In this document: piece by piece, positions 1 to 9,367 of the stretch
Numbering within the stretch: position 1 is the stretch's first letter
Layout of the letters: each line of letters begins with the position of its first letter
Assembly (NCBI GenBank): GCA_943372555.1
Contig: CALRZB010000001.1
Location: 1-33,084, forward strand
Length of the DNA stretch: 33,084 nucleotides
Reading direction: 5' to 3'
Source of the DNA: Chryseobacterium gleum
GTDB lineage: Bacteria > Bacteroidota > Bacteroidia > Flavobacteriales_D > Sanyastnellaceae
The notes under the pieces: model-generated
What the model saw: only the letters and a program-made list of their open reading frames with translations
Databases searched by the model: none
What the model was told of the DNA's origin: nothing
Translations under genes and position numbers: made by a program

Positions 1-1045
1 AAGTTTCGTACTCACATGGTAGTCTAAACAACTCATTATTCTTAGAAATAATATGATCTGATTCCGAAGGAAAAAGTTTATGAATTGCGTCAAGTTCTTT
101 GCGCGATGGTGCACGGAAATAATCGTTGCGCGGTCCGCGGCGAGTGGCGCGACCTTGGGATTGCCCTGCCTTTTGGAAAACAGCCGTGAAAAATCCTTCT
201 CCTTTTACACTGTGTGGTAAAAAACGGAAACACTGATACGCCTCAGTTTTCTCGCTTATTACATTTTCAAAAGAAACAGAATCAAAGAACACTCCGCGCC
301 ATTCTTCTGAATCTGTGATGAACTTGCATTGCTCTGTGTTCTCTTGGTCTGCAAAAGTGCAGGTGCTGTAAATGAGGTAACCTCCCGGAGCCGTGGCCTG
401 CATGGCAGATTCCAAAATGTCGCGTTGACGGGTAGCGCACATTTCTACGTTCGACAACGACCATTCTTCTCGAGCTACTTCGTCCTTTCTGAACATTCCC
501 TCGCCACTGCAGGGAGCGTCAATAAGCACAATATCGAAGAACTCGGAAGTCTCTTCAAAAGCCAATGGTTCGTTGCAAGTAACGAGAGTATTTGCAGCTC
601 CCCATTTGATTAGATTCTCTTTGAGGATTGCATTTCGTTGTTTCGATATTTCGTTCGATACCAAAAAACCTCTGTCGCCAATAATTTCAGAAAGAAGAAT
701 TGACTTACCGCCCGGCGCTGCGCACATATCTAGACCTCTAATGGAGGTTTGTCCTTCCAAAACACTACTTGCCAAAAGTCCTATAAACATAGAACTACTT
801 TCTTGCGAATAATACGCCCCAGCATGAAACAAGGGGTCTAAAGTAAAAACAGGCCTTGATTTCAAATAGCGACCATTCGGCCACCATTCCACCTTTTCTT
901 CTTCTTGAAAAGAAGTAGCGTTCTTCTTTGGATTGAGGTGAATGCTATTTATTACCGCTCGATCAAGCGACTCTAAAAAAACCGAATGTTCATTCGGGAA
1001 CTGTTTTTCTATTCTAGAAATAAACTCTTGCGGTAATGGCCTCAT
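1..1045 (-). CDS. rRNA (cytosine-C5)-methyltransferase, RsmB/RsmF (NOP2/Sun) family; 5' portion only, the C-terminus lies beyond the window start
   Basis: Not in the ORF track because it runs off the left edge. Manual minus-strand translation from the ATG at 1045..1043 stays open to base 1 (348 codons): MRPLPQEFISRIEKQFPNEHSVF... It contains the SAM-binding motif DMCAAPGGKS, motif IV DAPCSGEGMFRK and motif VI YSTCT, which are diagnostic of m5C RNA methyltransferases. The track ORFs at 282..812 are shadow frames of this gene. Confidence 0.85.
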   Translation of the reverse strand, partial: MRPLPQEFISRIEKQFPNEHSVFLESLDRAVINSIHLNPKKNATSFQEEEKVEWWPNGRYLKSRPVFTLDPLFHAGAYYSQESSSMFIGLLASSVLEGQTSIRGLDMCAAPGGKSILLSEIIGDRGFLVSNEISKQRNAILKENLIKWGAANTLVTCNEPLAFEETSEFFDIVLIDAPCSGEGMFRKDEVAREEWSLSNVEMCATRQRDILESAMQATAPGGYLIYSTCTFADQENTEQCKFITDSEEWRGVFFDSVSFENVISEKTEAYQCFRFLPHSVKGEGFFTAVFQKAGQSQGRATRRGPRNDYFRAPSRKELDAIHKLFPSESDHIISKNNELFRLPCEYET

Positions 1046-1061
1046 GTTGCAAATATCGCAA

Positions 1062-3707
1062 CTACTCCTTTTCCTGAAGCCATTTCGGTAATTTCTTTCC
1101 TTTTGTCGTCTCTTTCGAATTGTCTTGACCCTTTGGAGTCTCGGGCTGAGAAAGCTTTGGTTTAGGCTTCTCCTCTTGTTCCACAGGTGCCGCAGGATCA
1201 TTCTCCTCCCACTGAATTGTAGTAGTAGACTCTTGAACTGCAGGTTTCTCTTGGTAGGCACCAATAGTATTATCATTCTTAAATAGCCCGAATTCTTGTT
1301 TCAACAAGGCTTTCATATTTTGCTTTTCAGCAGCTATTTCCTCTTTTCTGATTTCCTTCGAAGCCTCCTTATCTATGCCGAATTCTGGCTTATCTGTTGT
1401 ACCGCGCATGTAGATGTAAAGCAATTTGCCCAACCCATCGTCTTGCTCTTGCCAATCTTGTGACTTCTTCACCAGAATATCGCGAAGTCTAAAACCAATG
1501 GTATAATCAATCACGTTATCGAATGTGTGCGTTCCAGAAGCAGAAATATCAAGCGCAGAAGACCGAATATCCATAAGAGGAATGTTGATCTTTCTGTCTT
1601 TGATCTCAATAATGTTTTCCAAATTAGAAAACTTGATATCCTTCATTCGCTCGGCAAACTTATCCTCATCCACAAATGGGGCTATAAGTTTGTTGCTCTT
1701 CAAATACTGCGCAATCTCTTGCAAAGATTCAAGACCAATCAACTGACCATTGGCAATACTGATGTCTATGATACTGTAAATATTATCTGTCTGAATGCGC
1801 AATTCCTTGCTCACTGGGGCTTTGAACTCAATGGATGCCGTGGCCTTACCGCGAAGATTTTGATCTGTAATAAACGTTTGACCGAAATTATCAAATTGAT
1901 AAAACATCTTCTGAATATTGATCTGATCAAACTTAGCAAAACAGGTTAAACCAAAACTATTGTCCGCTCGCTGAGCCAATTCTATCTGTGATAAAAATCC
2001 TCCTTCCGAAGTGTTAAACGAAACTGGGTCAATCCTGAACACTTGATTTTGTAATATCGCAACACCTGTAACATCAGTGGCTTCAAACTTCCCGAACATG
2101 AATTTTTTCACCTTCGTTTGAAGAGAGAAGTCTATAAATTCAGGTAGACTAAAGCTGTAATCACGATTGGAGTTGGTGCTCTCTTCTGTTTCCACAAGCT
2201 GTGTAAAGTCAATCAAATTAGAATTCAAAGTCGCTTCAACATTCAATCTTTCACTTCCACCAGCGATAAACGGAATCAAGTTTCGCAACGCCCCATTGAT
2301 AATAAAATCACTACCATTCACCTTGCCGTGCAGTCGTTGAACAACGGCATCTTTATTACTAAAAACTACTGTGGTAGCAAGATCCGTAAAGTCACGATTG
2401 GAGTTCTTTAGTTTCAATCGAGCTTGTGTGATTTCGCCTTTCCCATTCATATCGACAGAACCCAGAGGACCTTTAAAATCAGCCTGTGCATAGACACGAC
2501 CTTCGCAAACTTCGAGTGTATCCCAATTGAAAAACTTACTCAACTCGCTCATGCCTACATCCAATTTCAAATGCAAATCGGTATACGGGTTGTCCAAATG
2601 ATCGATTGTTCCATTCGCTTCTATCACGCCTCCTTCTAAAGATGCGCTGAACTTATCTAACTTCAATTGATCGTTTGAAGTTCCACGCAAATAGCTACCA
2701 TCAAATGTTATGGATGACAACGACACTCCCGTTTCATTGTGTTTCAAATTGCCTTCTTGAATAGAAAAATTGGCTTTGATATCAGGAGTCTTGCCTTCTC
2801 CTGCCAAGCCTTTCAGCGTGGCGTTGAACGACACTGTGCCGTCGGCATCGTAAACAGAAAGTTGGTCTCTATTCTCTCGCGGGAGTTTTGAAATGACATC
2901 AGACAAAGTCAAATTATCTCCTTCTATTCGAAGATCCATGTACGTCTGTTCGCTCACCGCTAAACTTCCGCCAAGAATGAAAGGCAGTTCATCAATAGAA
3001 ATCTTACATTCATTGATTGAGTACTTTCCCTCTTTGGTTTGCGCGTCAATCAAGGTTTCCAAGTCCACCTTTCTATTCGCAGCATATTCTGTTGAACCGC
3101 TTATCAGACTATTCACTTGGGCCTCCATATCGAGCTCAAGTTCAAATTGTTCAGACTCAAAACTGCCGCCTGCCTCGCTCTTGCTTGTTACCAAATCAAT
3201 GAAGAATTCTGATGATCGATCTTCGTAAACGATGTTGGCATTTTCAATTTCAATATTCTCTAAAGCCATTTTGAAACGGCTAGTATCGGATTCTTCTTCT
3301 TTTAGAAAGTGCCAGTTGTCCTCGCCTTTCTTATTCACCTTCATATAAGCTTTTGCTTCTTCCGCGCTGATTTTTTTGATGTCATAATTCCCCGAGAAAA
3401 CATCCATCAAGTCGAAGGACAGATATACCTTTTGGGAAAAAAACAGCGTGTCTTTTTCAGGAAATGTTTCTTGGATATAGACATCGGTGAATCGAATTGA
3501 GGCTTTTGGAAAGGTGTCCCAAAAGGTTAAATCCGCAGAACCGACGTTGGCTTTGGTTTTCAAACGATCGTTTAGCTTCGTTAAAGCATAACCTACTACA
3601 TCATCTTCATAGTAGCGTATAATTACGAAACCCGCGCCAATCAACAAGATTAGCACGATCAATAGGCCCAAAGCCACCCTTTTCGTTATGCGCCAGAACT
3701 TCTCCAT
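1062..3707 (-). CDS. AsmA-family-like large envelope protein with an N-terminal membrane anchor and a charged low-complexity C-terminal tail
   Basis: 881-aa ORF with an ATG at 3707. It has one N-terminal TM helix (VALGLLIVLILLIGAGFVII), then a long beta-rich body, then the tail KPKPKLSQPETPKGQDNSKETTKGKK. It ends 16 bp upstream of the rsmF-like ATG on the same strand. The family call rests on architecture, not on a diagnostic motif. Confidence 0.55.
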   Translation of the reverse strand: MEKFWRITKRVALGLLIVLILLIGAGFVIIRYYEDDVVGYALTKLNDRLKTKANVGSADLTFWDTFPKASIRFTDVYIQETFPEKDTLFFSQKVYLSFDLMDVFSGNYDIKKISAEEAKAYMKVNKKGEDNWHFLKEEESDTSRFKMALENIEIENANIVYEDRSSEFFIDLVTSKSEAGGSFESEQFELELDMEAQVNSLISGSTEYAANRKVDLETLIDAQTKEGKYSINECKISIDELPFILGGSLAVSEQTYMDLRIEGDNLTLSDVISKLPRENRDQLSVYDADGTVSFNATLKGLAGEGKTPDIKANFSIQEGNLKHNETGVSLSSITFDGSYLRGTSNDQLKLDKFSASLEGGVIEANGTIDHLDNPYTDLHLKLDVGMSELSKFFNWDTLEVCEGRVYAQADFKGPLGSVDMNGKGEITQARLKLKNSNRDFTDLATTVVFSNKDAVVQRLHGKVNGSDFIINGALRNLIPFIAGGSERLNVEATLNSNLIDFTQLVETEESTNSNRDYSFSLPEFIDFSLQTKVKKFMFGKFEATDVTGVAILQNQVFRIDPVSFNTSEGGFLSQIELAQRADNSFGLTCFAKFDQINIQKMFYQFDNFGQTFITDQNLRGKATASIEFKAPVSKELRIQTDNIYSIIDISIANGQLIGLESLQEIAQYLKSNKLIAPFVDEDKFAERMKDIKFSNLENIIEIKDRKINIPLMDIRSSALDISASGTHTFDNVIDYTIGFRLRDILVKKSQDWQEQDDGLGKLLYIYMRGTTDKPEFGIDKEASKEIRKEEIAAEKQNMKALLKQEFGLFKNDNTIGAYQEKPAVQESTTTIQWEENDPAAPVEQEEKPKPKLSQPETPKGQDNSKETTKGKKLPKWLQEKE

Positions 3708-3808
3708 TTTAGTTGCGTGAAAATAGAACTGCTTTCTTGCTCTAAAATTTCATGCCGCTCTTAAAAACTGACATTCACTTGTTCATCTTAAATCCGTAGA
3801 TTAGCTTC

Positions 3809-4543
3809 ATGAACAAAAGAGAATTTCTTAAAACTGCAGGCATCCTCTCCGCGGGTGTGATGCTAAGTCCATTGGTGAGTTGTGCTTCAAAAACAATTCT
3901 TCCAGGCGGGCTGGCGGCAACAGTTTCTGAATTCCAACTTCCGGCATTGGGTTTCGCTTTCAATGTTCTTGAACCAAACATTGATGCGATGACCATGGAA
4001 ATTCACCACGGAAAGCATCACCAAGCTTATATAACGAATCTCAATAAGGCCATTGCGACCAATCCGGCTTTTCAAAATCTTTCAATAGAACAAGTTTGTA
4101 ATTCTGTATCGAGCGCAGACACTGCGATTCGAAATAACGGCGGCGGGCATTACAACCACTCTAAGTTCTGGACTTGGATTACTCCAGGCGGCGCTAAAGC
4201 TCCTACTGAGGCAGTAAACGCAGCCATTGTCTCTTCCTTTGGTTCTTTTGATGAATTCAAAAAACAATTCTCTGACGCCGCTAAAACACGCTTTGGAAGC
4301 GGATGGGCTTGGCTTTGTGTAGGTGCCGATAACAAACTCTTTGTTTCTTCCACTCCAAACCAAGACAATCCGTTAATGGGAAACCTTGTGGATAAACCTG
4401 GTACTCCAATTTTAGGTCTTGATGTTTGGGAACATGCATATTATCTGAATTATCAAAACAGACGTCCAGATTACATTACTGCTTTCTTTAATGTGATTAA
4501 CTGGACACAAGTAGCCAGCGATTTCGAAGCAGCTACAAAGTAA
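3809..4543 (+). CDS. sodA: Fe/Mn-family superoxide dismutase (Mn-type signatures) with a Tat-like, lipoprotein-type N-terminal signal
   Basis: Metal-ligand motifs are HHGKHH, GGGHYNHSKFW and DVWEHAYYLNYQNRR. NQD and GSGWAWL fit the Mn type. The N-terminus MNKREFLKTAGILSAGVMLSPLVSC resembles a Tat motif (KREFLK) followed by a lipobox (LVSC). Confidence 0.92.
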   Translation: MNKREFLKTAGILSAGVMLSPLVSCASKTILPGGLAATVSEFQLPALGFAFNVLEPNIDAMTMEIHHGKHHQAYITNLNKAIATNPAFQNLSIEQVCNSVSSADTAIRNNGGGHYNHSKFWTWITPGGAKAPTEAVNAAIVSSFGSFDEFKKQFSDAAKTRFGSGWAWLCVGADNKLFVSSTPNQDNPLMGNLVDKPGTPILGLDVWEHAYYLNYQNRRPDYITAFFNVINWTQVASDFEAATK

Positions 4544-5761
4544 CTACGAAGCCCACGCGAATCTTCGCATCAAACTTCCTACAAGTCCCACGGAGAAAAG
4601 TGTTCCGACGATAATAACAGTGAAGAATATTCCTGTCACGTCCCACCATTTGATGACTACTGGGTAGTATTCTACCATGGCGCCTTGCATAGAAACAAGG
4701 CCAAAAGTTTGTTGTGCCCAGCACAACAAAAGTCCTGCTGCGGTGCCTGTTACCGCGCCTACTAGATTGATAAAAATACCTTCGTAAATAAACACGCGTT
4801 GAATAGTCGTGCGCGTTGCTCCTAGGCTTTCCAGCAAATAGATGTCTTTCTTCTTTTCAATAATCAACATGGTCAAAGACGCGATGATATTGAATGAAGC
4901 GATTACTAGAATAAAAAACAAGATCAAAAAGGTGAACCATTTTTCCGACGCGTTCGTTTTGTAAACAAGAGCGTTTCGGTCGTAGCGTGTTTGTACTTTT
5001 AATCCCGCTGGCAATACTTTCTCAAGCTCTGCCTTCACTTCAGCCTCATCTGCGCCTTCTTTCAATTTGAATTCTATCGCAGAAATTTCATTTTCCATTC
5101 CGAATAATTCGCGCGCGAAATCGATTGGAACGATGATATACTTCACATCCAGTTCTGCATTAACAGAAAATGCTCCACTAGCCATGATGTGCATTCTATT
5201 GAATGTATTCTCCCCAAATCGAGAAAGTTTCCGGCCACGGATTGGAGCATTGATTCCTACAACTGGAGGTTCGGATTCCGGGCGCGGCAGCCTTAGTTCA
5301 CTATATACACCAAGCCCCATTACGGCATAATTCAAACTATCTTCTTTCAAAACAAAAGATCCAAAAAAGATCATACTGTCAATCGGAGAAAGCTCCGCAT
5401 AGTCGCTCTGCACGCCCTTTACAGTGGCTACTACATTATAATCCGAATATTGCAACCATGCATCTTCTTCAATAATGCGGCTAAAGCGATCAACGCTTTT
5501 TACATTTTTCAAAGTTGAATCTACAAGCAGACTATCCGCAAATGTTTTCCCCTCAACAGGAATAACAGTGAGTGGTGCGTCAAAATTGGAGAATAATGTT
5601 TGGACTAAATCCTCGATTCCGCTGAAAGCGCTCATCACGCAAATCATCGCCGCGGCAACAAATGCCACTACGGTCATCGAAATCATCGAAATAATATTAA
5701 TGATGTTTCGCGATTTTTTCGCGAATAAGTAACGCCGCGCTATGTATAACGAGACATTCAA
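4544..5761 (-). CDS. FtsX/MacB-family ABC transporter permease, LolC/LolE-like
   Basis: 405 aa. The N-terminus MNVSLYIARRYLFAKKSRNIINIISMISM is typical of LolC/E-type permeases. There is a large periplasmic domain between TM1 and TM2 and three C-terminal TM helices (the FtsX domain). The start codon is TTG at 5761. The stop codon abuts the sod stop with 0 bp between them. Confidence 0.8.
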   Translation of the reverse strand: MNVSLYIARRYLFAKKSRNIINIISMISMTVVAFVAAAMICVMSAFSGIEDLVQTLFSNFDAPLTVIPVEGKTFADSLLVDSTLKNVKSVDRFSRIIEEDAWLQYSDYNVVATVKGVQSDYAELSPIDSMIFFGSFVLKEDSLNYAVMGLGVYSELRLPRPESEPPVVGINAPIRGRKLSRFGENTFNRMHIMASGAFSVNAELDVKYIIVPIDFARELFGMENEISAIEFKLKEGADEAEVKAELEKVLPAGLKVQTRYDRNALVYKTNASEKWFTFLILFFILVIASFNIIASLTMLIIEKKKDIYLLESLGATRTTIQRVFIYEGIFINLVGAVTGTAAGLLLCWAQQTFGLVSMQGAMVEYYPVVIKWWDVTGIFFTVIIVGTLFSVGLVGSLMRRFAWAS

Positions 5762-5768
5762 TATTGTA

Positions 5769-6575
5769 CTATTTCCAAGCCTTTACGATCAATCCTGTGC
5801 CTGTCTCATGGACATTATTGCTATCCATGTAATTTAGAACTAAAGCAAAAGGCATCACAATTAAGTAATAGACTGGTAAGATGATAAAAAATACTTTTGA
5901 GAAATTAAGCATGCGCATCGGGATACTCATTGAAAGTCTCCAAGAAATTTGGCCTGGTTTACCATAACTGTAAAGCAGTTCACATTTTTCAAAACCCGCC
6001 ATCTTCAACTTATCCTTCATCTCTTGCATGCCGTAACCATTGCGCACGTGCTCTTCAATGAAACTTGAATCGTCATCATCATGAGCATCGCTTCCTCCTT
6101 GATCACTTGGAGTTGAAATCAAGAGCATACCGCCTGGTTTCAAACTCGCATTGAAATTCTTCAATACATCCACATCTTCAAGAATATGCTCCATCACGTC
6201 AACACACAATACAAGATCATAGGTGTTTTCCTTTTTGAAAATAGTCAAATCTCCTACTTCAAATTTTGCATTATTTCGACCACTCGCTTTAAAAAATTGA
6301 TTGCAATCAGCCACTTGGTCATCCTTCACATCCACGCCAAGCAAATTGAATTTGCTGCTCATTTTGCTCATATAAAAACTATACTGACCAAAGCCTGAAC
6401 CTGCATCAAGAATTTGAGAGTTCTCCGAAGCCGACTTTTTCCATAAGCGCAATTCTCTGTGAATATGCCATGTGCGCAGCAAAAGAATATCTAGAAGATT
6501 ATAAAAAAGCTTGCGAGTCCAGGTTGCCTGGTTGAACACATTGCCTAATGTTTTCTTAATCGGATCGTAATGCAT
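5769..6575 (-). CDS. class I SAM-dependent methyltransferase with a C-terminal hydrophobic segment
   Basis: 268 aa. Motif I is ILDAGSGFGQY, followed by the acidic loop GVDV and post-I/II elements (DLVLCVDVMEHI, LKPGGMLLIS). The C-terminal hydrophobic stretch is FFIILPVYYLIVMPFALVL. The substrate is unknown. Confidence 0.75.
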   Translation of the reverse strand: MHYDPIKKTLGNVFNQATWTRKLFYNLLDILLLRTWHIHRELRLWKKSASENSQILDAGSGFGQYSFYMSKMSSKFNLLGVDVKDDQVADCNQFFKASGRNNAKFEVGDLTIFKKENTYDLVLCVDVMEHILEDVDVLKNFNASLKPGGMLLISTPSDQGGSDAHDDDDSSFIEEHVRNGYGMQEMKDKLKMAGFEKCELLYSYGKPGQISWRLSMSIPMRMLNFSKVFFIILPVYYLIVMPFALVLNYMDSNNVHETGTGLIVKAWK

Positions 6576-6594
6576 ATCAAAGAAGAGGTGTCGT

Positions 6595-6933
6595 CTATTT
6601 TTTAAGTAAGCGGTCTATTTCCTCGAAATAATCGAGAGAATCGTCGATATAAAACTGAAGTGCTGGCACTTTTCTCAATTGCTTTCCCACTACTTCACCC
6701 AAAAGTTTGCGGATGTGGGCATTCTTTTCATTGACCAACAAAAGACCTTCATGCTTCTTTTCTGTAGGGAAAAAACTCAAATAGACCTTGGCCATACTTA
6801 AGTCTGGAGCGACACGAGCACTTGTAACGGTAATCATCAGACCGTCAAACATTGTGCGCATGTTTTGCTGGAAAATAATACTGAGTTCCCTTTTAATCAG
6901 TGAACCCATTTTTTCTAACCGAATACTTGACAT
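6595..6933 (-). CDS. rbfA: ribosome-binding factor A
   Basis: MSSIRLEKMGSLIKRELSIIFQQ...VTSARVAPDLSMAKVYLSFF is the RbfA signature. I prefer the ATG at 6933 over the track's TTG at 6969, because a perfect TAnnTTTG box (TACCTTTG) lies 4 nt upstream of 6933. Confidence 0.9.
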   Translation of the reverse strand: MSSIRLEKMGSLIKRELSIIFQQNMRTMFDGLMITVTSARVAPDLSMAKVYLSFFPTEKKHEGLLLVNEKNAHIRKLLGEVVGKQLRKVPALQFYIDDSLDYFEEIDRLLKK

Positions 6934-6937
6934 GCGG

Positions 6938-6945
6938 CAAAGGTA
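6938..6945 (-). promoter_or_regulatory. Bacteroidota -7 promoter box TACCTTTG (TAnnTTTG), 4 nt upstream of the rbfA ATG
   Basis: The minus strand reads TACCTTTG-CCGC-ATG. It is an exact match to the established Bacteroidetes -7 consensus TAnnTTTG. Confidence 0.55.
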
Positions 6946-6976
6946 GTCAAACCCAAATGAATAGACCAATTCCCAT

Positions 6977-6984
6977 TACTTTTG
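6977..6984 (+). promoter_or_regulatory. Bacteroidota -7 promoter box TACTTTTG, 4 nt upstream of the GNAT ATG
   Basis: The plus strand reads TACTTTTG-CCCT-ATG (ATG at 6989). It is the divergent partner of the rbfA box. Confidence 0.55.
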
Positions 6985-6988
6985 CCCT

Positions 6989-7480
6989 ATGTCTAACACC
7001 ATTGAGATTAGAGAAGGGCAGCAAACTGATATTCCGGCAGCACTCGACTTGATTCGAGAGTTGGCGATTTATGAAAAGGCGCCAAACGAAGTCATTGTTA
7101 CCGAAGCCGATATGATCCGCGATGGATTCGGCCCCACGCCGCTATTCCATTTCTACGTAGCCACTTTAGATAATGAGGTCATTGGCATTGCCCTCACCTA
7201 TATCCGCTATTCCACCTGGAAAGGTCCAATGCTCTACCTCGAAGACCTCGTTATTCGCGAAGCGCATCGCGGCAAAGGCATCGGAAAACTTCTTTTCGAA
7301 AAATGCATGAAACGCGCTTCTGATCTTAATTTCGAAGGCATGATTTGGCAAGTACTCGATTGGAACGAACCAGCAATTCGATTCTACGACAAATACCAAT
7401 CAAACTATAGTGGTGAATGGCTAAATGGAAAATTGACCAAGACACAAATTGACACTTTTTTTCAATCAGAAAATGTATAA
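6989..7480 (+). CDS. GNAT-family N-acetyltransferase (diamine/spermidine acetyltransferase-like)
   Basis: 163 aa. The acetyl-CoA motif A is RGKGIGKLLFEKCM. The YLEDLVIREAHRG and WQVLDWNEPAIRFYDKY pattern is typical of SSAT-like GNATs. Confidence 0.85.
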   Translation: MSNTIEIREGQQTDIPAALDLIRELAIYEKAPNEVIVTEADMIRDGFGPTPLFHFYVATLDNEVIGIALTYIRYSTWKGPMLYLEDLVIREAHRGKGIGKLLFEKCMKRASDLNFEGMIWQVLDWNEPAIRFYDKYQSNYSGEWLNGKLTKTQIDTFFQSENV

Positions 7481-8732
7481 AGTATTCAAATTCGGTGGTG
7501 CATCCGTGAAAGATGCTGGAGCAGTTCGCAACGTGGCATCAATCATTACACGTTTCAAAAATGAAAAATTAGTTGTAGTGGTTTCCGCAATGGGAAAGGT
7601 GACGAATGCACTCGAGGAACTGCACAAAGCGCGTTTTCACAAAGGAAATACGGCTGAAGTAATTGCCCAATTAAAAGGCTATCACGAAGGAATTGGTCAG
7701 GATTTATTTGGAAATAAATACGACGAATGTATGTCTCCAGTCTTCGATCTTTTTGAAGAAATGGAAGAAAAAGTAATGATGCCTTTGAGCAGCGATGAGG
7801 ATTTGGAATACGATCAAATCGTTAGCTACGGTGAACTATTTTCCACAGCTATTGTTCACCAATACCTTGTATTGCAAGGGTTCTCAACCGGTTTTTCGGA
7901 TGCACGTCAAATTGTAAAAACAGATAATCGTCACCGTGATGCGCGAGTTGATTGGGCGAAAAGCGCATTAGGCGCGGAAAAGCTCAAATCGCAATTGGAA
8001 AAATACGATCAGGTTATTATTCAAGGTTTCATAGGAAGCGGAAATAATGGTGTTACCACCACACTAGGTCGCGAAGGAAGTGACTTCACTGCAGCAATTG
8101 TTGCCTACCTGCTGGATGCAGAAAACGTAACGATTTGGAAAGACGTTCCCGGTATGTTGAACGCCGATCCGAAAGTTTTTAAAGAGACCGTAAAACTGGA
8201 TAAGATTTCATTCCGTGAAGCAATCGAATTGGCTTACTATGGTGCAAGTGTTATTCACCCGAAAACAGTAAAGCCATTACAAAATAAAAACATTCCTCTT
8301 TACATAAAGTCTTTCATAGAGCCCGATGCAGAAGGTTCTGTGATTCAAGAAAGCGCAGAGTTCGACAATCTCGTTCCTTGTTTTATTCAAAAATCAAATC
8401 AAGTACTCTTGAGCATTACACCAAAGGATTTCTCTTTTGTAGTAGAAGATAATTTGAAAGAAATTTTTGAAATGTTGAGTGAAATCGGCATTCGAATTCA
8501 CATGATGGAAAACAGTGCTTTGAACTTTTCTATCTGTACAGATAAGGACGAATACAAGCAAGAAAAATTGATATCAATGTTGAAGAATAAATACAATATT
8601 CGATACAATGAAAACATGCAATTGTTGACCGCGCGTCATTACAACGACGACAACATTAAGATGCTTACAAAAGACAAAGAGATACTACTGGAACAACGCA
8701 ATAGACAGACAGTACGATTTATTGTACGATAG
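7473..8732 (+). CDS. lysC: aspartate kinase (monofunctional, with C-terminal ACT-like region)
   Basis: MYKVFKFGGASVKD is the aspartokinase N-terminal KFGG motif. Also present are GREGSDFTAAIVA and VIHPKTVKP. I prefer the ATG at 7473, which overlaps the GNAT stop by 8 bp, over the track's TTG at 7449. Confidence 0.9.
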   Translation: MYKVFKFGGASVKDAGAVRNVASIITRFKNEKLVVVVSAMGKVTNALEELHKARFHKGNTAEVIAQLKGYHEGIGQDLFGNKYDECMSPVFDLFEEMEEKVMMPLSSDEDLEYDQIVSYGELFSTAIVHQYLVLQGFSTGFSDARQIVKTDNRHRDARVDWAKSALGAEKLKSQLEKYDQVIIQGFIGSGNNGVTTTLGREGSDFTAAIVAYLLDAENVTIWKDVPGMLNADPKVFKETVKLDKISFREAIELAYYGASVIHPKTVKPLQNKNIPLYIKSFIEPDAEGSVIQESAEFDNLVPCFIQKSNQVLLSITPKDFSFVVEDNLKEIFEMLSEIGIRIHMMENSALNFSICTDKDEYKQEKLISMLKNKYNIRYNENMQLLTARHYNDDNIKMLTKDKEILLEQRNRQTVRFIVR

Positions 8733-8734
8733 AA

Positions 8735-9277
8735 CTACTGCGGTTTCCAAGGAATTTCTTCTGCGTTGAATTCAACAGTAAGTTTTCTAGAAAGTACAAA
8801 AAGATAATCCGACAATCGGTTCAAATAATGCATGATTAAGTCATCCACTTTTTCATGATCATTAAGTGCAGCTACGCAACGTTCCGCTCTACGGCAGATG
8901 GTGCGTGCGATGTGACAATGCGATACAACCACATTTCCTCCAGGAAGAATAAAATTACGCATCGGTTCGAGCGACTCATCCATTGTATCCATGGCAGTTT
9001 CTAGAGCAGTAACATCCGCTTCATGAATTTCCGGAAGTTTCATTTTTCCTTCATGCGAAGGGTCCACTGCAAGATGGCTGCCTAGGGTGAATAATCTATC
9101 TTGAATGAAAAGAAGAATGTCTTTGTGGGCTGGCGCAAGGTCGCGAAGAAGACCGAGGTAAGAGTTGAGTTCATCAACAGTACCATATGCCTCAATTCGC
9201 AAGTGATGCTTTGGAACGCGCGTACCGCCGAGTAATCCCGTTGTTCCGTCGTCGCCTTTCTTTGTGTAAATTTTCAT
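8735..9277 (-). CDS. ATP:cob(I)alamin adenosyltransferase, PduO type
   Basis: MKIYTKKGDDGTTGLLGGTRVPK is the canonical PduO-type N-terminus, and SDYLFVLSR lies near the C-terminus. I prefer the ATG at 9277 over the extended track start at 9307. Confidence 0.9.
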   Translation of the reverse strand: MKIYTKKGDDGTTGLLGGTRVPKHHLRIEAYGTVDELNSYLGLLRDLAPAHKDILLFIQDRLFTLGSHLAVDPSHEGKMKLPEIHEADVTALETAMDTMDESLEPMRNFILPGGNVVVSHCHIARTICRRAERCVAALNDHEKVDDLIMHYLNRLSDYLFVLSRKLTVEFNAEEIPWKPQ

Positions 9278-9367
9278 AAGCTCATTCTTTTCGAGTGCAA
9301 GATGCACAAGTTTTAGCGAAACAAAATCAAATTACGGTGAACACCGCGGGTAAATGCTCAATCAAAC

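Noticed and set aside
282-812. Track ORFs 282..464 (-), 329..613 (+) and 573..812 (+)
   Set aside because: All lie inside the long edge-truncated minus-strand reading frame (1..1045), which carries unambiguous m5C methyltransferase motifs. They are alternative-frame or antisense shadows.
1525-3500. Multiple 60-140-aa plus-strand ORFs inside the AsmA-like gene, and similar antisense ORFs at 23038..23475, 23695..24084, 29122..30525 and 31286..32602
   Set aside because: They are antisense to long ORFs with clear family motifs, their translations are low-complexity or compositionally odd, and they lack promoter boxes. They are typical shadow ORFs.
9278-9367. Possible cobalamin riboswitch in the leader of the PduO-type adenosyltransferase gene
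   Set aside because: Only about 90 nt are available before the heptamer array, far shorter than a cobalamin riboswitch. I could find no B12-box-like sequence, only a trivial 5-bp hairpin (gtgca-tct-tgcac).
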